From positions 2,666,001 through 2,730,000 of the forward strand of contig CM082598.2 of assembly GCA_040954595.2 (NCBI GenBank): DNA of 64,000 nt, written 5' to 3'. This stretch comes from Balanoglossus misakiensis (taxonomy: Eukaryota; Animalia; Hemichordata). Below the pieces are notes generated by a model that worked only from the letters and a program-made list of their open reading frames with translations, was not told the DNA's origin and did not search any database. The translations under genes and the position numbers were made by a program. This document shows, in pieces, positions 1 through 13,700 of the stretch (the stretch's first letter is position 1; every line of letters starts with the position of its first letter).

Positions 1-1012
1 ATTAAAATCAGATGTCTGTGGTGCACATCTGAGAACAGACAAGCAAAGAACCAGCAAAGGTAAAGACTGAGCCAACCCTACACCTGATTGGTGTTTGGTG
101 TTGGACATGTACATGATTTGCATATGTGCATCGTTTTGCCATGCTATCCAATATGGCTGCCGGTCAGCCATTTTTGTTTTCATCATTTATTCAAAGGCAT
201 TACTCAGACATGGACTATATGATAGTTCCTAAATAAGTGTAGCAATATCTTTTCTGATAACAGTCCAATATGGCCACTTATAAGCCATTATGTTTAAAAA
301 TGTCACCGGATATATATAGAGAGATAGTCGTTATACCTGGACTGATTTATTTGAAAGTTTGGTACACGAATAAGGTCAAATGACATCGCTCTGCATGCGC
401 GACTAGCACGCAATTTATTTTTCAATCCATAACCTAGATGTCATTTTCTCTGGAATCTTGAATAAGGGCTGTTGATTCTGCTTTAAAGATCATCAGGTCA
501 AGTACAATGTAATCCTAAATCCGCGATAATGATGGTACGCTTCTTGCGTTGCCCCAAAAATGTTATCTAGGTGAGATTTTTTTTTCTGTGTCGCTCGATG
601 TGTCGTTGCTGAAATTATCTGTTTAGCTTTTCCAGCAGGCCTGAAATGGAGAGATGTGATTAAGGGCACAACCATTTGATATCTGGGGTGGGGGCTGGAG
701 GATCTGGGTATATCAGCAATTATTTCCAGCCACTGTTAGTGTTTCAGAAAAAGTTTTTTTTTTGATAACCAGTTCACCTTTTCCTTCACATTGCAGGAGA
801 AAATTTGTTTTCCTTCCACACCATTTTTTCTCTCAACCCCCCCCCCCCCCCACAGAAATAAAATGGTTCTCCCTTAAAGCCACTTCGACTGATGCTCCTT
901 TGTAATGATTTCAGTAGGAGGCTTCTGATTGGCCGTGATTATTCTCTGACAGTGACAGTGCCTACTCACAATCACTCTGATGATGGCCTGTGTTTGCTTG
1001 TTTGTCCCACAG

Positions 1013-2932
1013 ATGTCTGCAGAGTCTGCCGAGGCTCAGGAAACTCAGCGTTTAATAGAAGATTACTGCGTGTTCCGACTGAGATTGAACCAGACCGAGT
1101 TGCCCGCCTATCAACACATCAGCAGGGAGCCCATCAATGTGGTAGCGGCAAAAATTAGAAGAATTGGTGAGTGACAAAACATATTACTAATTTTCAAATT
1201 CTATTGAAACTCTATAATAAAGAAATTCCATATTACTAATTTTCAAATTCTATTGAAACTCTATAATAAAACAATTCCTAAACTTCTTATATTTGTAATT
1301 GTCAAATAATATTTAAGTGGGAAAAAACGTTTACTTAATTTAGCATGAGTTGACAAGATCATGTGTCTCATCATAGGATCGAAACTCTGGTCACGAGATA
1401 CAAAGTGGCCATCTAAAATGTATTTATATAAACAAAGTTAAAATGCAGGATATAATTCATAACTTAGCGACAGACTCAATGAGGGAATGCATTCTTCTTG
1501 TGTGTTGCTTGTAAACTTGTTCAATTGACAGAACTACCGGTACATAAATATGGTTACTGTACAAATGTTAGCTTTCATCTTGACCTTTGAGAATCGGTGA
1601 AGATATATTAGAAGTATGTCAGAAATGTCTTGGCAGTCCGAACCCCCCAGAAAATGGACCAAATCGTACTGGTTTGGCTTGAGGGTCTTGTATAGGCCCT
1701 ACTGATTAACACACACTTGGCAGCCTAACAGGTCTGGGAGCCAGGATTCTAGGAACCCTGGAAATCAAACCAGTTTCAAAACCGACTTGGCAGTGTTAGG
1801 GTTAATCCTTACTGCGCCTTGTTCAAGAAGTGATATACAATACAAGCACAGATGACTGATGCGTCTCTGATATTGAGATCAGGAAAACACCACTTTTCTC
1901 TAAATCTGCACATTTTATTCCGTGTAGGTCAAGAAATTGAAAATAACAGTCCACAGTTTTTTGCCCGCTGTTGTGAGCAGCTCGATGTGAGACCGACGAC
2001 GGCGTACGCAAAGTTTCGAGACTTAGCAGACGAATTGTTCAGAAGTGAAGCTGGGGGGGACGGAGGTATGTCTATGTAATTGCGATCATACTCTTCCATA
2101 TTCTAAAGTTCAGTGATCAAATATACAGTATTTACATGGACAGTTGTAGTCTCAGTTACCCAGACCCCTCTGCTTCCGTTGGGCACTCCAGAAAGAGGGT
2201 CTGGGGAAATACTATAGAAAAGTCTCCAAGCAAAGAACATATAGAGGAGCTCTTTTTTTGTGTGTGTGCCAATTTGCCATGGTAACTGTAGCTAAGTTGG
2301 TATAGGTGACCGTATACCTTTAACCTAGAGCTGTCCCACTTTGAAATATACTTCTGATCTGTACTGTATATCACTGTTGTTGATTTGCAGGTATATCATG
2401 GGGCAGAATAGCAGCACTGATTGCGTTCAGTGGTAGACTGTCATTGTATTGTGCAACACATGGCATGGACGACTTTGTACCTAGTGTGATTGGGTGGACA
2501 TCAAGATATATGAACCACAGGTTGAAAGATTGGATGACTCAACACAGGGGATGGGTAAGTCTGTGTGGTGTATCGGAGGGACTAGGTGGTTCCATTTGGG
2601 CATGGGTGAGTCGGCCTATATTCCATAGACAACGTTATCAGTTTTAGGGACTGGAAGAATCCATATAGGGTATAGGGTATGTTGGCTCAAAATTGAACGG
2701 TAGGGACCGATGCTGATTAATAGCTGTGAGGAGAATGCAGGAGTTGGACCTAATTTTTGCATGTCTTTGTATTTTCTTCCTGCAGGATGGGTTTATGGAA
2801 TTTTTTGATGAAGAGAGGGCGTCGCAGAGGGCTCGCGAGACGATGAATGATATTGTAGAAACTGTATGCAAATATGCGTGGTTCGGAGCCGGGTTGGCCA
2901 TGTTTTTATTTATAGCGTCAAGAGGTAGCTAG
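1013..2932 (+). CDS. Multidomain Bcl-2 family protein (~200 aa; BH4-like/BH3/BH1/BH2 plus C-terminal TM), orthology unclear
   Basis: Exons 1013-1166, 1928-2065, 2391-2554, 2786-2932; all GT-AG, phases 1/1/0, 603 nt open. Translation MSAESAEAQETQRLIEDYCVFRLRL...KIRRIGQEIE...FRDLADELFRSEAGGDGGISWGRIAALIAFSG (BH1)...LKDWMTQHRGWDGFMEFF (BH2)...YAWFGAGLAMFLFIASRGS*. The ATG directly follows an acceptor (cacag), so a further exon lies upstream, possibly outside the window, and the N-terminus may be longer. Confidence 0.9.
1180..1278. repeat. 49-bp tandem duplication in intron
   Basis: catattactaattttcaaattctattgaaactctataataaa begins at 1180 and again at 1229. Confidence 0.85.
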
Positions 2933-4017
2933 ACCATAATATTTTTCAACACGTGCCAACCGGAATATTAAGAGTACATATACCATCGAAAAAACCATAT
3001 CTCATTCACTCGTGTTCCAGTAAGGTAGAAACTGTGGCTCGTTTTATTTTCATGTTTTATTTTTTTTCATGGAAATTTTTACACTGAGGCTGCAGGCGGC
3101 TACATCAGTCAGTCACAGTGAACCAGTTTGTACTTTCTTAAGTTTGCCTGTCAGCGTCTTCAAAGATGCTGATCTCAAACTTGACCTGTTCACCCCCGTT
3201 CTTTAATGGTATGGCTTATCCGACCATAGAAAAAAAGGACCTTTGTATTGTTCACAGATTCAGAGGGGTTGAAAGGGTAATACATGTCCATGGCCAGTGA
3301 AGATTTTCAAATGTTTATGCGTTGTACATGGCTTGCTGTTTGTTGTACTCAGTGTTGTGCGGTGAAGTGGCATGAATGTTTTTATGTCAGGATTTGATTT
3401 TTAAAGGGGGAATGTCACCTGGACTGCACATGTGCGACTTTTCTGTTTACAAACAGATTATTGGCATTGTTCCTACTGTTCCAGATGACCCTGTCAACCA
3501 AATTCACATCCCACAAGAATTAGTCCATTTTACCACGATTGTTCTCAGTGATACGAAAACTAGAATCACCCATGAAAACTTGGTGGTTAAGACAGTATCA
3601 CTACCTTGCGGGAGACACAGGGCTTGAAAAAGTCAGCCGGCCTGCTTTTTTTCGTTCTTGAAACGTTCCATCAATCTGATAGCTCGGGACCCCATTATGC
3701 TTATGAAACAGACCCCCAGTTTGGGGTTGTGCAAAATCAAATTTGAAAAGCCCTCAGCCGAACAATACTGTAGTAGATGACTATTGAAGCCCTATGTCCT
3801 CACTAGGAATTTCAATCAAATTATTTATTTATATAATATATATATAATACGATATATATATTTATTATGAGTAGGGTTTTCGAGTTTATCCACTATATAC
3901 CATAGGCATAACTTTGTCATGTATAACTTTAATGCTTTCTACCTCAAGATAAGTTCATAAATATTGCTAACACCTGTTATGTAGACTTTTTTCATATAAC
4001 ATAGGGAGCTACTGACC

Positions 4018-4076
4018 TGTTAAAATAATGATGAGATAATGTTAAAATAATGATGAGATAATGTTAAAATAATGAT
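4018..4076. repeat. 22-bp tandem repeat, ~2.7 copies
   Basis: Unit tgttaaaataatgatgagataa. Confidence 0.8.
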
Positions 4077-7000
4077 GCACATCGCAGTCTTCTTCTGTGT
4101 ATAGTTTTTTTTTTCTAATCACACTTTTTCGAGTAGATATAAGAACTATTGTGATGTAGACTTATATCTTTTTTCATCGCATACCTTTTCTCGATAGAAC
4201 CATTGTCCATTTTAGTTTAGGTTAAGTCAAAATCTCAGCCCCATCTTTTATTTATTTAGGAAGACTATACAAATGTTTACTACATTTTATATTTGCCAAC
4301 GAAGCTAGTGTAATTGGCCCTCTTTCTATTCGCAAAGAACTGCTTGCAAATTCAACCACCTTCATTTCAATGAACATTTTCTCATATAAAAAAAAAGAAA
4401 GTTTGCAGCATATTATCTTCCAATTTTGATAAGTGTCTTTTGGTATAATGGTAATATAATGAATAATGTATAAATGTCTGCACAAGAAAAAAAAGAAATT
4501 TCGGCTAATTTTGTTATAAACAGAACATGTATATTTAAATTAATCTGAAATAGAGTAACAGAAATATACGTGTTGAAAATGGAAAAGAAAATTTGGACCG
4601 TTAAGGACTTTCTCTCTCCTCCACAAAAAATAAGTAAAACTGAAACGCTTTTCCAGTAAAGACTGACATTTGCTGTATGTTTATTTCTAATTCTTTCTGT
4701 GCAATTTTGACAACAGTGTAGCTTGAAAAGGTTATTTGCTTTTAAAAACACAAAGAAGTTGATTTCAGTGCATCTTCTAACTGCAGGCAACTAATACTTC
4801 ATCCACCTATAAGACTAAAAAAAATCACGTACAGTGGCCTAGCTGTACATGTAATGCTTCGCTATTTGTATGTACGGTGGCCCACAAGTCCACAGTATGA
4901 CACAAATCATTTGTCATGTGATCATTCTCTGTAACTGTCTATCTAACATCTTAAAATCTCATTTGGATAAATACAACATTCTAACTTATATTTAAGGATC
5001 TGCAAAATGTATAGTACAGTTGCCCACAAGGGCTTACATACATAGTCTTAGTAACATCTAACATATGTTTGTCTAAAAGTCGTATAGAAGATACAGCACT
5101 AATAGCCAAACTGTATGTTTGGTTTTTTAATGATGGAAATTCATTGACTCCAGTGAATTGATATGCTTTTGTTTTTTTTTAACAATAGAAATTCATGAAA
5201 ATATGTAAATTGACCGCTTCTATTATTTCCAGGGCAGTAATTCTAGTTATTGTTGTGTCTTTTTTCTCTGTGTACAGCATTAAGTGGAGTTTTAAACACC
5301 TCGACCTCATAGTGACAACACCATGTCAAGTTCATTCAAGTTTTAGAAGACAGCCAAGAGGTAGTGTTGCTGACCACCCCTTTTTGTAGCACTCCTAATG
5401 GAATAGTCCGTGTAGTCGGTAGCCATTGTTGAAAAAAATTAGCAGAGACTGCATCGTGTATACATTTCAGCAGTGGGATGTAAATGATGAGAAAAAAAAA
5501 TCTGTTTAATTGTGTATAACTATAATCAAGTATAGCAGGTGACAAACCAAGGAATATGAGCACCGTTTTTTGCACTCATGTCAATATTATATGCTGCATA
5601 AAAGAATTCTACTTCATATAACAGACCTTGTTTCAGAAAAGGTTTGGATTTATTAGATTTTACGAGAGATACGATGTACATGTATATCTGGGTCAACTTT
5701 TCCATAGGCAGAGTCATGTATAACGTCTGTGCGTGTATGTTTCAGCTGTCCCATGTTGTTGTCCCTCCCCCCCCCCACTTCCGTATAGATGTGCTGCTTC
5801 GTCGTTGAAACAACAAAAGACTATTCCAAAACACAGGATATATAGGGTAGGAAAGGCGCTTCTCAATGTCCGTATCGAGTGAAGTTAAATCGATGTCTCA
5901 GATTATAGTCGGTAGATTCCAAGTGTGCATAGATTAATTAACTCGGTGGATAATATAACCCATTGAGGGGGTTCATTCTTCAATCGCCCTGTCTGTAACA
6001 CACAGGGACATAAACTGCTTGAGTTGACGGCATCCGTACGTGTCGAAGACCATTTATAAAATGCAATGATTCAACGATGAAATACACTATTTTCTATTTT
6101 TGCAATATCTCCCCTCACAACAGACGGTCCACAAATTTGTGTATTCCAAGAAATATGCAAATTACCTGATTTGAATATAATGTTTTTGTACATCTGGTTC
6201 GTGTGTGAATGTTGACTCAGAGAACCATGAGCCTCTCGTTGTTCTGATTGGAATACAATATAAGATTGAGTTTGGTTTCTTTGTCCCGTTCTATCCTCTG
6301 TTCTGGAATAGTCGACAGAAACAATTTAAGCGTAGGATTGTTCCATTTTTATCGAGGGAAGCTCATGTAATTTTTATTGTATTAAGAGGTACAGCTCAAC
6401 ACTTGTTGAATACTGATAAGGTTTTCCGGACACCCTGCTTGTATTTTATTGTTTGTTTTTTCGAAGAACAAAACTCGAATTCTTGCCACTGAAATTTTCT
6501 TTCACATTTCAAAAACCCACCAGGGACTGTTGATTTTTTCTGCCAGTTTAAAAAAAAATCTGATTTAGCAATCTCGATTTCTGTATAAAGTTTTTGAGTA
6601 AGACGTGTATGTGTATTCTGTGATGATACAAAAGAAAGCAGATTTGCCGAAACAGGGAAAAAGGGAAAAATCTATGTTTTGTTTTGTTTGGGAAGTGTAA
6701 CCATAGAATGGATGATTGAAATTGTGTTGCAGCAGTTTTATTGTTAATTGTGTGGTCTTGTATATTTTTGGTTCCAGAGTGCATCTTCCCTCGTGTATTC
6801 CGCTATACACTTGGAATGTTCTGTATAATTGTATCCTGTATCGTACTTTATTATTGGAAGAAGTAAAAATGACAGACACTGAGAGACTATGATTCGTTTA
6901 CACACTGCCCTTAAAACGTTTCTCTTTGATATTGAGTTTGAAAATAATTCTCTTATAAAATTCTTTTGCTTGGAGATTTTGATATATTGTTTGGGAGTTG

Positions 7001-9289
7001 ATATCTTCAGCTGGGTTCGTGTTGACTGTTTGCCTTTGACTCGCCCAGAAACCTGAACTCATAAACAAAAGATTTTCACATCTGTCTTGTGGTGGCGCTA
7101 GTAGTTGGCGCTGTCTGGCATAATTGTTTTCCTCAAGGTACTAATTGTGTATACTTGACTCAAATCTAAAAAAAGCCCAGAGAAATATATAATGTACTTT
7201 AGTCTTTCTTTCAAAGAAACTATTGATCGCATCTGCATTATTTTCAGACTCTTACCTAAGTCGTCAGCAGGATGGGTATTTTGATTGAAAGCAAAATTGT
7301 AACTTGGATTTTATTTATTGAGTTGGAACAGAGCAATGAATCCTGTGTTCCAATAAACATAAGTCTTAAAATTGATTGGAACAGTGAGCTTGTCTGGGTT
7401 TTTTTTTCATCTGAAATATGATCAAAATGAACTTGCAGAAATTATGAAAAGAGTACACAGAAGTCAAGAAGACATACTTTTTTAAATGAAAAAAGGTCTA
7501 AAAACACCAGATGAGAAAATGTTTTTCGCGACCCAACCACAAGGCAAGCAGTCACAAAACAAAGTTTAATGTGGGCATTAATTTTCTCTGAGTTATAACC
7601 GAGTCAGAAAACATAGGAACCGTTTTCTATAGAGTTCACTAGTAGTACATTTATAGTCATTTCAGAATTATTATAGAATTGCCACCTGTTACTACAGAAA
7701 AAACTTTCTTGTGACTTTCTTTCTTAACGTCTGTAATGTTATGGGAACTCAAGAGCCATTTATTTAATTTTTTTTTGGAAAAAAAAAATCACTTGCAGTC
7801 TGATTTAATTGTCGAACATTGTCCAGATGTACGGTAAAATTAGTTATGTTTATATTTTGGTTATATATGTCAGGATTTCAGTAATCATAGCTGCGGTGTA
7901 GTAACTAAACACTAAAAACATAAAATTTCGTATTTCTGCAAATCACACTTATATTATTTCATGGCTGAGCTGACAAGTAAAATTGGGTCATTCCATTTAT
8001 GTACAGGAGAGGGCAAAGGTCAAGCTCTCCTGTGTCAGATATTGGAAGATTTGTTTTTCTTATTTTGTTGCATTTATTTTGTTTCAGCCTCAACATGTCA
8101 TTATTTAGTGATGTAGATTGTTATCTGATTCTGATAGGTTCAATGCCTTTCTGTTGCAGTGTTCCATTGAAAGATGCTTCTTTGTACGTATCAAGCTGTT
8201 TTCGTCCGCTTAGTAGATTAGAACTACTTTATTTGTGTTATTATGATGTAAGTTATGTTACCTCTTCTCATTTCTGTTAAGTTTTTTAATTTACATCCCA
8301 TATAAAGCACTTGCAGTATATTCTTTGTTTATGTGGTATTTATCTTGAAATAATGTTGTCAGTTATCTGTATGATAGTTACAATTATTTAGTAAAAAAAA
8401 GATGAATGTATATATACAAATATATAAATATATATAGTTGTATTCAAATCGCTGCAAAATGACTGTTTGCATGACTCTCCTATTTTGTCAGCTGTTTGGG
8501 ATCATCCAGTTTTGTTTTTTCTAGGGATGGGTGAGTCCACTGTTTAGATGGGGGTAGTCACAGTTAACAGATGTTGATTTTTGTTGAAGTCATGAAAAGG
8601 CAACTGGCTTATAACCCAGAATGTTTGCTACCACAGAACTGGAACAACAAGAAAAAAATAGCTTATTCTACATGCCCCATAAAAACGACATATCTTTCTG
8701 ATTTTCAGATTTTAACTCCTGCCAAAAAAGAGAGACAAAATTCTTACTTTTCTGCAATTTGTCTGTGGAGCTGGGGAACAATACTGTTTTAAGAAGCCTA
8801 GCCTTTTTCAAGGAACGATACACTGACATTTTAGATTTCTTTGTATGTATTTTAGTTCAAAGCAATATATTCATGTGATATAAAAATTCCTGCTGTTTAT
8901 CGACAAAAGTGTCTGCGTGTTTCCTGTTGAGCTATTTTGTGTGTGTGTGTGTTGAAAGAAACCAGTGATTGAACATGTTTATACGGAAAAAGTTGGTGCA
9001 ACATCATGTTGCAGAATGATTGTCATTTTCTCAAGTTGAAATTTGCTGTGTTGGTCACTGTTTCTTGATGAAAACATCTCATTTTGTTGGCGTTTTTGCA
9101 AAGGTCGAGGATCATTAATAAATAAAAGATCCACTGAAATTATCATTCTACATTTAATCATGTTACATAACAGCTGTTTTCCTTTCTAAAAAGGTCATAT
9201 CAGGTCAACTTGTACACGTGCTATATAGACGTGTCTTACGCCCTCAGCGTCAATAAGATGGTATGACTTCTTTTTAACTTGGCGTGGCC

Positions 9290-9605
9290 ACCGGAAGGGA
9301 ATTGCCTCTATGTTATTGATTTTTGAAGGACAAATGTTGATTTATCTTCCGACAAACATATGTCAGTGTTAGTGAAGACTGGAATGTGACGGTGGCAATA
9401 TACTCGCATATTCTGTGTACTGCGGAAGTTGACATTTTAACCGATGACGTCATCTTATTTGTATTCAGCCGCCATATTGAAACAACTGATCAGCTGGCCG
9501 AAGGACCGAGGATCGAATCGTGTGCTAAAAGTGGAACTACGAATAAATTTTTCCGCTAGGCGATTCTTGTAATATTTAATCCCGAGAAATATACCTGAGG
9601 TAAGT
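9290..9605 (+). promoter_or_regulatory. Candidate housekeeping-type promoter and non-coding first exon (donor after 9599), probably of Bak
   Basis: Local CpG-rich patch in CpG-poor surroundings. ETS CCGGAAG 9291 and GCGGAAGT 9422, CRE TGACGTCA 9445, YY1-like GCCGCCATATT 9468, strong donor GAG|gtaagt at 9599/9600. The next coding exon found downstream is Bak's (acceptor at 21521). Confidence 0.55.
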
Positions 9606-10282
9606 CCTGTCCTTTTTCTTTTAAAATCTGATTTTACAAAGGGCATAAAATAAGTGTATATGTGATATATGTCTGAACCAAAAATACAGGCATCACAGCG
9701 CCCACACGTCTGGTGTCTACACTATGTAGATGTCGCTTGGTAAGATTTCTGGTAAACAAGTGTTTAGAGGAAATGTGACACCTTGTACCATATCCAACAC
9801 AATAAAGCCATCGTCTGATTTCTTCTGGTGAAATAATACATGTTAAATCGATTATAATTCAGTCGCACAATCGTGCAGACGTCAAACATCGATTTGATTG
9901 TTGCGGTCATTGGCCTTCAGAAGTGACAAATGCTTGTTGACACCCAATGCATGGCTTCGTCTGAAGTATGGACCATAGGAAAGCGTCCCTATTATGTCCC
10001 ATCAACGTGAAATTCACGCCCAGTAAAATAGACACCTACCACGGCTGTGCAAATAATATATAAGAAGACATATCTGATATCAGATATTAGTACAAAACGT
10101 CCCTGGAACTTATATTACATGTCTGTTCAGTGTTTTATTGTCATGTGACAAACACCTGAAGTATTTCAACCATTGTAGTTCACACATGAAGTCGACGCCT
10201 ATGTAGTCAGGGTCGTTAAATAAAAAGGTTGGATAGAATTAGTCAGTCCGGTATTAATTTTTTTTTTCTTTATATTTGAATA

Positions 10283-10389
10283 TAGCTGCAATAATTGTAG
10301 CTCACTGGCCTTTATGATTATCTGCCGAGTTGGCCTACGGACCAGCCAACTCGGCACATAAGGCCCGTGGGATACAATTATTGCAGCTA
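10283..10389. mobile_element. Palindromic MITE with TA ends (Tc1/mariner-like)
   Basis: tagctgcaataattgta...gccgagttggc...gccaactcggc...tacaattattgcagcta forms a near-complete hairpin; the same terminus recurs at ~30660. Confidence 0.65.
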
Positions 10390-10665
10390 ATTTGAATAAT
10401 GCCTATTTGGATAATCAGTTTGACAATGATACTATTGTATAAAAGTATAAAATACAGTTCTGCTATTGACTAGGCTCCAATGCAGCTAAGATTATTTTTC
10501 CAGAAAAATTGACTCATAACTAACCCAGACCAAACATTCAACTGCTGCGATATCCGCATTCTTGCGTTGTCTGTCACAGTGTCTGGGTCAGTTTAACATT
10601 GACACAGTGTCTGTCAGGTCATCCTCATTTGCATATCGAATATCAATATTTGAAAAGTGTATTAA

Positions 10666-10753
10666 TACTGTAAAACGAGAAAATTTCGCTAACGATAAAT
10701 TTTCGCGTTTTTTGGCTCTTTTGTAGTTCGCAAAAAATTCCCGTTTTACTGTA
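10666..10753. mobile_element. Short pogo/Tigger-like MITE
   Basis: TA-ctgtaaaacg...cgttttactg-TA imperfect terminal inverted repeats; similar decayed sequence at ~17925-17976. Confidence 0.5.
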
Positions 10754-13700
10754 TGTTGGTTCAATCATGCAGCTGAAAACAATGGGATTGAACCAACAGT
10801 TTGCGGTTGAAGGGGTGTTAGCATGGGGTAGCTTGGGAAGCACTGAATGTCGATGAGGGCAGTCTCTTTGATTGTAACATTTAACAGCTGACATCAAGTA
10901 AAGCTGTGAGCCCACCACCCTCTTTGCCATGAAAGGCAGACTTTTTCAACCGTGTTTCCACAAAAAGGGCAAAGTTAGATGTCGAACTTTATTGGCCTGG
11001 AAAGACATATGTTACATGCTTCAGCAAAGATTAGCGGAGCCTTTATCACATTCTTTCCAGTAAAGATGGTCTTTTTCGCTACATTTGCGATTATCGTTGG
11101 GGTTTTCAAGATCTTTTTAATAGTGTGCTTGCCAGTATAAACCTGACCGGTTTACAGCATATGGTGAACACACTTAAATGTGTCGTAGACAAAAGGATGT
11201 GCTTTATATCCAGATACATGTTCTTGTAAGCTGCAGGCATGTTTAACCATTGGTGTGAACTTAAAGGCACACTTGCGTGTTAAATTATGTTAGTGTTCTT
11301 GTAAAATACCAGCGCAAAATTACAAACCTACCCTGTTAAACATAGGCTATGCTGTAGTAGTCATGTTGTTTATGTCTGAGGTCGTTGACCCCAGCTGCAC
11401 CTGATAACACTAGTGTTTCCCTCATTTAGTCTGCCTTACAGGACGGATTTGGCGTCGTGCCAGTTCTGTCCATGTGCTCGTCATTGTAGTGCGATCAACC
11501 CCTCAATGGGTACGAAGCTTTTGTATTCAAAAATTCATCAATTAAGGGAATGGCTTCTTTATTTTTTGTGACAGTTGAAGTGAATGTGTTGACACAGAAA
11601 GAGGGACAATTTGACCCGAAACAATACTTGAGAGATTGTAAACTTACTGGAAAAATTATATCACTAGTATATGTGGCAAACATGCACAAATATGAAATAA
11701 ACACTCAATCATAAATAATGTTAACTCAAATATTTGTTTTAGATGAAAGATTTAAATTGTGAGATGAATTCTGTGAAATTTGCATTTTATAGGCACAGTA
11801 AAGAGAAAATCAATTTCTAGGAAATTAACGTATTTGTTTAGTTTATCATGTTAGCTGGGCTTTGGATCCACAAGTATGAATGCATGTGTGAACACTTTGC
11901 AAGTTGTGTTCAAAAATTGATATTTTGGACTGATTTTTGCAGCAAAATATCAATTTTTTCTTTCTGCTAGTTTTGCACCAAAATAACTGCATTTAACTGG
12001 GTGATTCAGAAGTGTGCAGATTCTGTTTTTGTGCAAATTTATGCAAATTCCAAGGCCTCATTATGCAAATTTCAAGGACACCCACTGCAGAAAAATTGAA
12101 AACAACATTTGCATACTTAGGCCCAGGGGACGTGTCACTTTAAAAAAATATTGCAAAAATAAAAATTCTGCAAACATTATAAACAATACATTTTGGCTAA
12201 TCTGAAGTATTAACACAATTTTCGTCACATGGCTGCTTCCCATCTTCCCATCGCGCCAAAAGTTTCTGAAGTAAACAGTCATTTAACAAGGTCAGTTTGA
12301 CATGCTGACAAAAATGCACAAAAATTATGGTAATTTTGCTTTCAAGGATGGATGATATGTATTTGAAATATTTTGTAGTTGCCTGGTATTCCAAAAATGA
12401 TTGAAGCATCATAATTTAATGTGTATCGAATGATACACATACAATCGACACATCAAATTGAGATAAACGAAAACAGTAAACTGTCAAGATAGTATAATTA
12501 TTATATAATACCAAGTCGCTCATAGCAATCTTCATTTTTATCTTCAGAGAAGTTTCTACTTTTTTTCTCTGCAATGCTGAAAGAATATTTTGATGCATTG
12601 AGGTACAATATTGTAAAAAAAGAATGATTTAACTCTATCCTTGGAGGCCCGATTTTGTCATATTTTGTAATAGCAGCTGTATTTAGATGTAAACAAGTTA
12701 GCGTGTCCCTTGAGCTGGATTATATACGGAAATTGGAAACAAGCCAATTGGCTCAGTGCCAGCACTTTGTACATGCATGGTTTTCATTGATAATGCATAT
12801 AACTGTTTCTCTCTCTCTCTCTCTCTGTATTGTTTGAAAGGCTGGTGTTGATTGGAAAAGGTATTTGCAAGACTCCGTCCAAGTTATACTCAAGTCATAT
12901 ATGCAGGATTAAGATAAAATCCAATGCTTCTGTGAGCAATGACAAGTTGATGCAGAAAAATTGCATGATTCCATTGCAGCCCAGAATACTAATAAAAATA
13001 AACATTTCTTGCACAACACTAAAATAGCTGGCTTCTAAATTGTACTGCAACAGACATACATGCAGTACCCACCTATGTTCCACACAAGTTGCACACATTG
13101 ACAAAACGTGACTAACCTGAATTTTTCATTCTCCCAAACCCTCCATCAATAACAATTGCATCTGTTGTCTGTGTGAAACACTGATATTTTTATGATGGCT
13201 GTGTTTCTACGCAATGCTTTGTGTGCAAACAAAAACATATGCATGTAATTTATGAAGTCTGTACATTCATTGTACTTTTTGAATCACTTCTGTTTATAAA
13301 ACAAAACTAAAACCTCTCCATGCTGTAACCTTGCATGAAGGTTAATCACCACTGGAACCATCTGTACTGCACCAAAGCAAAGCCCGAAAGGCAGACAGGT
13401 ATATCAAACTTCCGCGAAAGTCAATCAATTACATTTAATGACTATAATGAGTTTGCAGAACAAAACAAAATCACATTGCCTGTTGCGACCCGTGTCAGAA
13501 ATTACTTTTGCAAAGATAATAGCACGTAAGCTGTATTGTGCAAACGTATTCAGCAACAAAGATGATGAATGTGGCTTTTTAAAAAAATACTGTGGTTTGT
13601 GCCGATGTTACAGCGAAACAAGAGTGTGATATGCAGTGAAGGTATAAATTCATAAACAAAATGTTAATTGATAGATAATGTGCATATGCTGCCAAGACAA

